NCBI GenBank assembly: GCA_038496445.1
Contig: JALMLS010000516.1
Coordinates: forward strand, 248,001 to 312,000
DNA: 64,000 nt
From: Trichosphaerium sp. ATCC 40318
Lineage: Eukaryota > Protista > Tubulinea
Direction of reading: 5' to 3'
A model generated the notes under the pieces. It was not told where the DNA came from. It did no database searches and was given only the letters and a program-made list of their open reading frames with translations. The position numbers were made by a program, and so were the translations under genes. Shown piece by piece: positions 13,819 to 24,939 of the stretch. How positions within the stretch are numbered: the first letter of the stretch is position 1; each line of letters starts with the position of its first letter.

Positions 13819-14595
13819 ATGACTTTACATGATTTACCTTCAGAGCTCCAAAAACAGATATCAGAGTACAACGAACATGTGTTTAAAGCTTGGCACGTGC
13901 TTTCTAAAAAAGCAGCTACATCAACACGTTTCAATAAGAATTTAAGAAAAACTGGTAAATGGATTCGTTGGGATAAAGAAGGTTATCGTCGTGCAGAGTA
14001 TTGGATGCGTAATGGTTATAGGTATGGTACAGGAAAGCTTTTTTATAAAAATGGGATAGTTGAAGCTCGTGGTTTTTACGAAAATGGAAATTTAAATGGA
14101 AATTTAGACATTTTTTTCAAGAATGGTCAATTACTCAGACGAGTTGCTTATAAGGATAATATTTCTGTATCAAATAAAAAGTGGTATGATACGGGTAATC
14201 TTGAGTCTATTCAAATAGGAGGTTCTCACACGACATGGCATCAAAACGGTAATAAAAAATCAGAATTTTTAACGGACGAAAATTGTGATGGTGTGTTCAG
14301 AGAATGGCACGTGAATGGTGTGTTACGATCAAAAACTATTTACAAAAATGGTCTACGAGAGGGTGATGCTAAGAAGTGGCACTATAACGGACAATTAGCA
14401 CTTCATTGCACATTTAACCGAAACGTACATACTGGGGAAGCAAAAATGTGGTATTACTCCGGACAGCTTCACGCTGTATGTACGTATAAAAATGGTATAA
14501 GACATGGTATTTATAAGGCGTGGCATGTTGGAGGTAGACTGTATAGGCATTGTTACTACAGGCATGGCGTAGTGACGGAGGAGTTCTCGGTATAG
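13819..14595 (+). CDS. Intronless MORN-variant (YwqK-like) repeat protein with an F-box-like N-terminus
   Basis: MTLHDLPSELQKQISEY followed by ~24-aa repeats (W[YH]xNGxL...YKNGxRxG). The ORF is open from 13702; the Met at 13819 is the likely start. Confidence 0.8.
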   Translation: MTLHDLPSELQKQISEYNEHVFKAWHVLSKKAATSTRFNKNLRKTGKWIRWDKEGYRRAEYWMRNGYRYGTGKLFYKNGIVEARGFYENGNLNGNLDIFFKNGQLLRRVAYKDNISVSNKKWYDTGNLESIQIGGSHTTWHQNGNKKSEFLTDENCDGVFREWHVNGVLRSKTIYKNGLREGDAKKWHYNGQLALHCTFNRNVHTGEAKMWYYSGQLHAVCTYKNGIRHGIYKAWHVGGRLYRHCYYRHGVVTEEFSV

Positions 14596-14765
14596 TACTT
14601 ATTGAGTCAATCGAGACAATTGTATAATAGTGTAAAAATAATAAAGAAAGTATCTTTCATTTAGACGCACCATTTAAAGAGTAAACGATGTTGACAGCAA
14701 AGTCATCGTTCAGCGAACTGTAGGCTTAAGTGGCGTTGCCGTGAACCAATATTTACTTTACTGAC

Positions 14766-15608
14766 ATGGGTGGTAAACAAGCAAAGAACCTTTGCGAAAG
14801 AGACAAAACATCAGAATGGTCAATGCTTCCCAACGAATTATTCGTTCAAATACTCTTAAAATCATCTGTTATGACTGCTTTAATGCTGAGTACGCTAGAA
14901 ACAGAAAGTTTGGACTTGTTCAAAACAAACTTGTTTTGGCTTTAAAAAATAATGTTATTAAGGTGGTACTTGTACTACACTACGCGATAGAACGCTCAAC
15001 AGCTACTTTTGGCAGAAGAAGTGCGTACAATCTTTTCACGTTCGAGATTCTTTAAAAGAACGCTTTCCATCATGGTACAACGTACGATGCTACTCAAATC
15101 TGTGCTTTGTAGTCGTTTTTGTTGATGTGGTGTATGTAGATGTATGTAAATTTGGCACGTGCTCAGAAACTGAATATTGCAGTTTACTCCAGCCGTATGC
15201 ACAATGAGTTGACGAATTTGTTCGATATTGAAGACATTATTGACCCAGGATCAATGTCTGTTGAAAGTAATTGTGGTCGAGCATTTGGAGAACGTGTTCA
15301 AGATGATTTTGTCAGACATTGTGTATGGTTTTTTTTTGAAAAGCTTACAATTTTTGTTGATGTTGATTGATCTTCTTACATAGGTTGTTATTTCTGGTAT
15401 CTATGCATTGTACAATGATAAGTTAGTTAACGTTGAAGTGTCTATGTATCACGAGTTCACTGGTACTCCTTACGTGATGAGCACTGGGTACACCATGTTT
15501 CAATTAAGCTGTTGTTATTTTACTGGCGACTTTTTCATTGTAACTCAATTACACGTGTCCCACTCTATTCATTTAAATCCACGACGGATATATATAACCG
15601 TAATCTGA
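14766..15608 (+). pseudogene. F-box-like gene with an in-frame TAA (probable pseudogene or sequence error)
   Basis: MGGKQAK...WSMLPNELFVQILLKSSVMTALMLSTL...KTNLFWL*KIMLLRW; further exon-like ORFs at 15140-15608. Confidence 0.4.
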
Positions 15609-15712
15609 TATTCTTATGAATATGGGAAACCCATTTATGTAGAACTTTGTCAAAAAAAAGTCGAAAATTCAGCACACTAATTATCCTATATTATGCCATA
15701 GGAACTATTTAG

Positions 15713-15771
15713 AAAGCCCCCCCTTTCAGGGGGGGTTTGGGGGGGCAGAGCCTAGTGGCGACTGAGCGCCA
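15713..15771. other. GC-rich double-hairpin motif (C7-TTTCA-G7-TTT-G7-CAGAGC-CTAG, then TGGCG/CGCCA hairpin)
   Basis: Read directly; a striking GC island in AT-rich intergenic DNA. Confidence 0.6.
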
Positions 15772-16026
15772 TAACCCAGTTGTCTCCCTTTGTGGCGAAC
15801 AGTTCAATATCACTTTGACATTTTTTCGACTTTTTTTTCGACATTTTAGTACACACCATGAATATAATCTAATTTTGTTTTTAAGGGCAGAACATGTGGT
15901 GTTAAGGCGTGTTAAACCTGACTTAATTTTTTGTGATACTTGGCTTTTTTTTGGATTCAACTTAAGGGTAAGTGTGGTCACTGGTGTTTGATTATTTTCT
16001 AACTGTTCTTGTTAATAAAGAGAATA

Positions 16027-16429
16027 AATACTGGAGAGGAGGAACAGTAATGATGAAGGTGTTTTTTTTGAGGATCAAATAGAAAATCAATATGGGCATC
16101 ATTTTAAGTTTTCAGATACTATTTTTCAAATTCTAGAGTCCCTAATATCTTGGTCTTATCAAAAAGAGTTAAAAGATGACGCCATGGATACAACACAATT
16201 AACTAGAGCACGTATAATCCAAAAGGTAAATAGTCAACTCCGAAATATTGTTTTTTTTTGTGGAAGCCATTGTTTTTTTAAGACTTATTCATAAAAGGGT
16301 CAAATCAAGATATGTATTTATCTCAATCCAAAGACATTTGAATACAAGCAATTTGGTTTACCTCAAGATGTATTGATATACCTCAAAGAAAAGAATTGGA
16401 TTACAACACCACCCATAAGAATTACTTAA
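16027..16429 (+). CDS. Two exon-like ORFs of unknown function (gene fragment)
   Basis: ILERRNSNDEG...RARIIQK | GT..AG intron | GQIKICIYLNPK...PPIRIT*; no valid upstream start found. Confidence 0.3.
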
Positions 16430-16536
16430 AAAAATGCCCAAACTTTGATAATGTCTCTTGGAGAATAAATACAAGAAGAGTAGGGATTTCACTTTTTCAC
16501 TACTGTGGTTTATTAAGTTATAAATCTCGGCTTTAT

Positions 16537-17932
16537 TTAAAACAACATCATTATTCCAGCTCCAAAGACACCATAAAAAATTTGACTAATAGAACCAGAC
16601 CAAAAAGCAGATATGCCCTACAACAGTAATCAATACCAAAAAAGAAAACAACTTTTACAAGTATAAGCACATACGCCTTTGTTGAATATTTGTTGTACAG
16701 CTTCACCATGACCTGTTTGGTGTACAATCTGATATCGCCTATTGAGAATAAAGTTAGACATGCTTGTTACCATGATTGGACAGTGACTATTGAAGATTAA
16801 ATGTCACTTACCTTATTGTGTCAAATGGGTAGCTTACTAAACCAGCAAGAACAGCAAAACCGTATGCACTAGCAAATAGCCTAACTCCATCTATTCCTTT
16901 CATATAGTACCTTGCTAAATCATACAACCAGAAATAAGCTGCTCGATAAACAAAGATACCAACAGCACTAGCAAAGTATCCCTACATTATTAGAATCACA
17001 ATCTATAAATAGAAAAGGGTTTTCTGCACAGTGATGTACTCACGTTGTATAGGTCGGTGAATTCGATGTATTGGTTGTTAATAGAAGGATCAGCAATTGC
17101 AGCAATGGATCTAAAAAGGAGATCAAATTATCAAAACTTCAATCTTGAAACTCTGTTTACAAAACTCTTACCTTGTATACAAAGCATCGATCCAATACAC
17201 TGCACCAAGCACGATAGATCCTTGTATTCCACCTATTTATATCGGTTATATTACTAAGAGCGATAGTTGACCCTAGACTTAGCATCGTCACAAAAAAAGT
17301 CTTTGGAATGGACGTTGTCAGTCCTAAAAATAATCACGTGCATTTGGATAAATGAGCTAAAATTAGCCTTGTAATATTCTTTTGGTTCAATTCTCAAATA
17401 CAAACAAAAAATGCAGTCTACTACTTATGATACTGTCAAAAAAAAAACTCAAGTGGACTGTGCGTAACAGTACTAGACTTCCTTTTAATACATTCTCAAT
17501 TTGGGACGCACCTGAGAGTGTGCTACGCATATTCTTGCTTGTCAAGTTTAGGTTATTCACAAGACTGACACAACAGTCCTTCAGGAACTTATTTTTAGTA
17601 GCGTACTTGTAAATTGTATTAGTTGGTTTCACTGGAGGTTTACGTACTGATGAAGTAAAATGTCGTCCAATCTTCATTAAAAAACCTGTCCACAGGGCTT
17701 GATACCCTCCGCCGTTCAGTACATCTGTCAGAATCGTATAATAACCGACAAAGCCTAAAATGGTTTACAAACGTCATAGTAGGCGTATTTATTACGCCTG
17801 AAGCTTACCTTCGTATTTTCCAAGGTTAACTTGCTTTATAATTCTAATAACCTCAAACGGCGCAGTCACAGCTTTACTTACTGCTCCAGACACGCCCGAA
17901 ATAAGCACCGATTCAAAAAACGACAAGGACAT
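16537..17932 (-). CDS. Divergent mitochondrial carrier (SLC25), ADP/ATP-translocase-like
   Basis: SGVSGAVSKAVTAPFEVIR, GYFASAVGIFVYRAAYFWLYD, AGLVSYPFDTIRRYQI, GISAFWSG: carrier PX[DE]XX[KR] motifs plus the ANT-like YRAAYF motif. Confidence 0.8.
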
Positions 17933-18493
17933 AGAATACAATGAACAGTCGCTGTTGTTGAACGTTTCAAGTCAGAACTTAACCAATAATATAAGTCAGT
18001 TCAATGAAAGTTAGCTAAAACCTGATCTACAGCATACACGCTTCTATTCCATGTATATTTAACTTCTAGGTTAAAAATAATATGGTACAAAAGCAACGAG
18101 GCAGGTTTGGAGGTAGACTTAACGTCTGGTGGCTCAAACAAAATGAATCTCATACTTTTCTTATTTTTTTCTGGTCGCATTGGTACTATTGCTACCTGGT
18201 TTATCGATGCATAAAATCACTCTATACCTCATGGTATTTCGAGCAGTGATCTCATTTTCTTCAGTGACGCCAATCCTTGGGCGAAATTGTACGAAGCCTA
18301 GTGCAAATAAACAATATTTCCCATTGTTTTTTTGTTGAGTAAGCTGTCTCTCCGACACTCTCTGGAGACGTGTAATCTCTCGTAGGGATTTACGCGATAG
18401 CATCACTGAATAGGCAAACTTTTCAAAATGTGGTGAGAGCAAATGGTAAAGTATAATAACTAGTTGTTGAATAGCATATTTTTTACTAACTAC

Positions 18494-19808
18494 TTATACT
18501 AACAAGTACACGATAACTGACAATACTACATATACAATAAATGACGAAACTTTTGCTTTATGTCCGTGAGAACTAGCGCCACGCCCGGATGAGCGACTGA
18601 TAAATAGTTAGAAAAAACTACAACGCCAAAAATGACAACTTTAGGTGGGACAAATCACAAAACGCTACGTACCAATTATGTCTGCATCCTCTTGAGACAA
18701 GACTGAATAAACACATTAATTACGTATAACGTTACTATCGAAAGTACTTACCAATGATCATCAGAAGTACCACACCAGCCATACATAGAGCAACAAAGAT
18801 TATTGGCACATGGATTCTAAAAAAGAAAGTTAAGAAAAAAGAGTTTTTCCAAAAATTTTCTCGTTTTTTCGTACCCCTGCGTGGCAACCGAATATAGTTG
18901 CTGGTGTTGGAGTAGTAGTACTCATTGGTTGCGGAGGTGGTGTTGTAGGAGGTGGAGTGCCCGTAGGAGGAGTACCCATAGTAGGATTTTGCGGTGTCGA
19001 TGAGACTCTGAAGTTCTCGGCTGAATAAAAAGTTGCAAAAGTACCAGCGTTTGACACCAAGTTTGTTGCTTCGATAACATTATTTATAGCTCCATTCTGG
19101 GTGAACCTCATACTGATAGGGATATTATAAGGCTTCGTTCCACCATTACAGTAGTATTTTCCTCCATTTCTTGTACACTGAGCCCATCCTGAGGATGTCT
19201 TTATTTCAGCTTTATCAACAACACCATACCCAGCGACACGATCAAGTTTGAACTCATAGTACCATAGATTAGGTGACACTGTTGTCAATCGAATACCGCT
19301 AGTAAAGTCACATGATACTCTTCTGTATAGTACTTTAATACGGCCACAAGCAGCAGAAGCAATCTGTGGGTATGTCTCGATGTTGATATCAAAATTCTCG
19401 GCTGCGCCGGCAAGATCAACGCCTTCAACGATGATCGAGTCCGTGGTAGCGCAAGAACACTGTGCGTTTCCTATTGCAGACCCTCCGTCGCATTTTATCT
19501 CAAAGCATGTACCACATCCAGCTCCGCCGTCGTGAAGAGATGCGCTCAACGCCGTTATACGACCGAAAGGGAAAGAAGATGTAGGAAAAGGGTCGCTTGA
19601 CACAAAGTTTTCACAAGCGGTTGTCGAGCCTGTGAAATCGTGTTTCGTCGCGGTAGCTGGTTTCCAATCGCCAAGAGGTACAGCTAAAACAGTGATAACG
19701 TCAGAACAAGGAAATAAACCGCAGGTAGCTGTAAAATCACGTGCCAGTTGATATTATACAGAAATGTGCTAGTACAAGAGTAGTTAGATATACTAGTCTT
19801 GCTGTCAT
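18494..19808 (-). CDS. Expansin-like protein with Pro/Thr linker, hevein-type chitin-binding domain (CBM18) and GPI-like C-terminus
   Basis: Signal peptide; DPBB motifs (ITALSASLHDGGAGCGTCFEIKC, FDI, GRIKVLYRRVSC); second expansin domain; PT linker; CANNLCCSMYGWCGTSDDHC; hydrophobic C-terminal tail. Confidence 0.85.
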
Positions 19809-20410
19809 GTTGTTACGTCGTTGTAAAGTATAAAATAGTGATTCCAAACTATGACATATTAAGCCAATGTGCTACGTTTTAATTTGAGGACAATGCCAGC
19901 ACTATTTAAACAACATAAGGGAAAGAATACTTCATTTTTTCGTTGAGCTAAAAACGCTTTTCTCGCCTAAAGTTATCCTCATATACTACTAAAGTTTGTC
20001 GTTTATATTTCTACGTGCTTTTAAAAATTGCATCTTTGTGAAGCGTGCACAAAGGTGCAATTTTTTTCGCTAGCGGAGTAGGAGACAAAACACTTTTTTT
20101 TTTGTTTTTGTAAGAAACCTCAACATCATTTTGCACACGTGACCGCTTCATTTGTTGCACTACATACCTCAAGCTCGTACTTGCAGGTGTTGAGTTAGCA
20201 TGTAAGCATCAGCGCTATATTTGGATAGGTAAAAACAAGTTTCGCTTTCTTTCGCTAGCAAGACTGCACACAAACTGGAGTATTCTTTTAATAGGTGCTA
20301 ACCAGTTTTGAACACGTATAACAAACCCCTCCGCACCAAATTTGGTGATAGCACGTGCTCAACCAGATACTAATGTTGCAACAATGAAACTTTTTTTTTT
20401 TTTTTCGTTT

Positions 20411-23400
20411 TTAACCAAAAACAACAGGGTTAATGACATAAGTGAATGGACTTCCTTTACAGTGCTCACCGTTAATCAAAAGAGAAATACTAAAACAAGA
20501 AATTAGTTCTACTAAACACCTAATACATCAAAAGTGGCTGTAAACCAAAAAAAAAATGAAGCGTAATTTTTACATCGACAAAATCCCTTCGGGTTGGTCT
20601 TAACGTACGTATAGCTTCCTGCAGGTGGTGAAAATTCAATAAAGTAAGTACCATCCTCACGATCAACAACATTAATACCCTCTAGTGGACCTAACAATGC
20701 TGTCAGCAATTGAAACAAAAAAAAAAGTTCAGGGTTACCTTCTTCACCAGCAACCGTTACTTCAACTTTATCACCACCTTGAGGCTTTTCTTCGCCTTCT
20801 GATGTTAGAGCTCGAACGACAACACGCTAACAGAGCATATAAGAACAACCAACGGTCTTAATTGTAATCTAACGTACCACTGTTTGTCCAACATCCATGT
20901 TACAATTCTCTCCCTTTGCGCTAGTCTCAACCTATTGAAAGCAAGTTTAAGAAAAACAGTGCCTTCATCTGAACCAACAAATGTTGACAAAAATAGGACG
21001 TACTTTCACTGTATAAGGGGATTCTGCCACGTCCATACCGTTCAATGTGACGGCACAGTTATATGTTTGTTCACCTTGCTCAGGCTTCCAATTGGCACTG
21101 TAAGTACCATCATTGTTATCTGTTAATTCAACGACTTGGTCGTTGAATGCTAGTGAGAATTCGTTACCACCTCGTGATAGTTGTACACCATCTAATAAAA
21201 AGTAAATAAACGTGATCTTTGAGGCTTTCATTGTCTTGTACCATCGTCTTTTGCGACAACAACAATGTCTAGGCTATTACAATCAAGTAACTTATCTGTT
21301 AACCCATTAACTTCACAATTCTTTAAAGCAGGACCTGAGGAAGAGGTTTAGACTTAATGGTTTAAACTTTAGTATAGTACCAGGTTGAACATCAACAACT
21401 AATGGTTCGCATTGTGATGATTCATCGCCAAATACTTTAACAGAGACTGCATGTTCTCCTTTGGCTTGTGGACTCCATGAAGCAACGATTTTATCATCTT
21501 CCTTTGTTACAGTAGCTGTAACACCCTCACCAGGACCTTCAACGCTAACTTCAACATCTTCAGGTTGTAACCGGTTCAAAGCTACACCTTCTTCATCTGT
21601 GACAGTCACAACGTGACGGACTAAGTCTCCTAGACTTACAGCATCTCCTCCGTCCAAGGATACAGTAGTTGTTTCTAATAAGGCATAAGAACAAACGTTG
21701 TAACAAAGTACAAAAAGTAATCAAAGAAATTTGAGTACCTGGTTTTGCTAGGATTGTGAATGGACAAGATGACATAGAAACGCCATCCAACTCAACTTTG
21801 ATTTCATGTTTACCATAATCAACACATGTATATGTTACATTATATGTACCATCGTTATTATCAACGACATTAGCAACAACAGGTCCTATAGAAAAGCATC
21901 AGAGAATATATCTTTTTTTGAAAGAAGCATACCTGTTGGGTTAGCAGTTTCTACTGCAACAGCAAAGGCATCTCCTCCGCTGACCTTTGGTGCACCTTTA
22001 AGGTCTACAGCTTTGATTACAAAGCTTGTTTCAGCGCCAACAATATGAGTGGGTTCTTCTACACCAGGGCCAGTAGCCGAAGAATTAGCAGCATCGGTAT
22101 CTAAAAAAAAATTAGCATTTCTTTACAACAATTTTTTATTTGCGTACCAGGTACAGCACATTCCACTGTGTATGGGGTATCACCAACAGGTTTATCGAAA
22201 TACAATAGCTATAAAGCAAGTAAGCACAATAAGATAAGGGGTTTGGATAAGTACCTCTACAGTGTATGCGCCTACAGATGGTGCTGTATAAACTGCCTAT
22301 GTATAAAATTACAGAGTTTTTTTTTGCGTTTACAAAGCTTACCGTTCGTTTATCGTCATCTTGGTTCCAGTATATATCAAGTGAGTTTCCTTCTTCATCT
22401 TTGACACTCATCTCAAAAGGATTCTCATCTAGCACCTTTCTGTTACCTTCCTAATAAGAAAAAATGAGAAATGATAAACCTGTATCTTGTAACAAAATGA
22501 CGTACAGCATCCTCTAGTATTACTGTAATATGTGCAGGTGTGTCTGGTACACATTTAGTTAATCCAGGACCCTAAAATAAAGGTTATTAATCTAAATAAA
22601 ATATATCACGTGATAAGTACCTCGCAAGAAGGTGTAAGTGCTTCTTCATCCTCAGCTTAAAAAATTATAAATTAAATCAATTACAAAACAAAAAGGTATT
22701 TCTTACATAACAGAAGATGAAGGTTTGTGGTTGTTGTAATGACGTTTCCTTCTACGCCAGCCTCTACAGTATACCAACCTGGTTTTGCAACTTCTGGCAT
22801 GTACTTAGCTGTGATGACGGATCCATCTTGCTCCAGTTGACACTTTTGTTTAAAAAGAGTTAGCGAATGGGTATTTATGTAATTTTCTGTTCACGTACGT
22901 CATCGACTACTTCACCATCAGGATCTTTAATTAAAAAGTCAACGAATAGAGTCAAATCTTCCTTTTCGATTGGTTCTCCTTTGCTGTCTTTGAGTTGTAA
23001 TTTGAACAAAGTAGGCTTTGGTTTTTCATCAACTGAGTGACATTGTTTTCGCTATCAAAAAGTTAGGTTATGCATGAACAAAGCTCCAGTCAAAGACTTT
23101 CAAAACAGCATAGAGCCAGGCACTGAGTGAGCTATGACTCTTGAAGTATAGTATAACGTTGTAAAAGGAAAAGGTCATCGCCAGTAAGAACGTGTAATTT
23201 ATTGCAATGCAATTACGTACCGGTTCATTATTGAATCCTGGACCAGTAATAACGCACTTTGATGTATCTGCACCAGAACCAGCTTGAAAGTGTATTAGTA
23301 TCTTACTTCGTAAGGTAATTTAATAATTCACTCACCATCTAATAGCTCTGCTTTTTGTTGAAAGTATGACAAGTATGTCAATAGAGATAAATCATCTGGA

Positions 23401-24751
23401 TTTTGTACCAAATCTAATAATAATAAAAAAAATGAGAATTTTGTTTATGATCTCTAAGAGACTCTGCTCTGGTTATGAAACTAACCAGTAGGTAACATGA
23501 GTTGTGGTATATTTAATTTATTCTCAGCAGCATCCATAGCACGTTGTGTATCTTCAATAGCATCATCCTTTGTACGTTGTAAGAAAAATCAAACAAAACA
23601 AACAAAAACAATAAAAAGAGGTACCTTTAATAAATCAAGAGGACAGCATCCTTTCTTCAAACTATCTGTGAGAGCTGCAAGTACTTTTCCGTTATTCCAA
23701 CTATAACATAAAAAATAAGTAACGCCTTCAAAGAGATACAGCAACAGTGACCGAACGACAAATTCAAAAAAAAAAAAAAAAAAGAAAACAATTAAAAGAC
23801 AAATAGGGTTGTCTATAGCTCTCTGAACGCAAAGTAATCAGGTAACGTGCCTTGTAGTAAGATTTTTACACTCTAAGCCATATGGAAGAACACGATTGTG
23901 GACCCACCTAGCATAAACGATAAGAATGTTTTGGGCACTCTAAAAACTTTGACGTACTCGACCACAACATGCTTTGCAGCTGCGCTACCAACCTGGTACC
24001 GTTGAATAAGAAGCCAAATTAAACCAAGGATGAGTTTAATCGTTCCAGAATAGATATCTTAGGGTGTATAAGTGAATTGCATGAAATTTGACGAAAAAGA
24101 AAAAAACAATCAAAAAAAAAAAGAACTTTCGTTCTCCGATTGCATTAAAAATATGTTTGTAGGCGTCAATTTAGAGCGTACCGTGTGATGAAATATTCAA
24201 TACGTAAATTCCTTGGTATTTTATGAATTTTAAGGCCTGAGAACGTTAGTTTGAAATAAAAATGTGTTGAGAGATTATTAGGAATATTTTAGACGTCATA
24301 AGACAATAAGAATCGTTTGTTCGATCATTTTCTCTAAAATAGAAATTTAGACTTAATCTTTGTACCTGTGTGATGTTTGAGAGTTTGTGTATCTTCATTT
24401 TTGGCTTAGGGCTCCATCTTGGTACTTTCTGTTCAGTAATCTGTTCTAGCAGCGTACAAAGTATAACGCCGCTTTGTAAGTCTCTTATTTTATAATTAGA
24501 CGCGTATTGATGAGCGATATCAAAGTTCTCTGACGCTTACAGTTCAAGATCATCAATAGTAAGTGAATGCTCTAGTAAGTGTTGATTGCACCACTGGGTA
24601 AACGTCTACTAGCGTAAGCGTACATTTTAGATAAAAAAGCTTTTATGGAGCGGTACAGGTACTCAGCAAAGCGTGTACGTACATGTTTTTGGGTTAGAAC
24701 CCATCCAGGTTGCTTTACTTCAGTCTTTGTTTCAGGCCTCACGTCTGCCAT
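20411..24751 (-). CDS. Filamin / gelation factor (ABP-120)-like actin cross-linker
   Basis: Tandem CH actin-binding domain (WVLTQKHTFTQWCNQHL, DLQSGVILCTLLE, IKLILGLIWLLIQRY, SWNNGKVLAAL) followed by ~6 filamin Ig repeats (DNNDGTY, GSPF); >20 introns. Confidence 0.92.
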
Positions 24752-24939
24752 CTTTAACGAACCTCTGTTAGTATTTTTCTGTACCAGTGCCTGTTAGATG
24801 GTGTTAGTTACCTTTTGTTGCGAAGGTGGCAAGTTTTTGAAGTTAAGAAATTTCTGACTGCGAAACTTAATAGTTTGCGTACTAATAGCGTCTGGGCGGT
24901 TTCTTAACGCAGTTTATCGACTGTGAGCGATATTACCTT

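Noticed and set aside
14942-18215. Stop-codon reassignment (in-frame TAA at ~14942, ~16024 and ~18213 in gene-like stretches)
   Set aside because: TAA terminates conserved genes here (Nudix, filamin, ALAD, RasGEF) and does not interrupt conserved exons; decay or sequence error is more likely.
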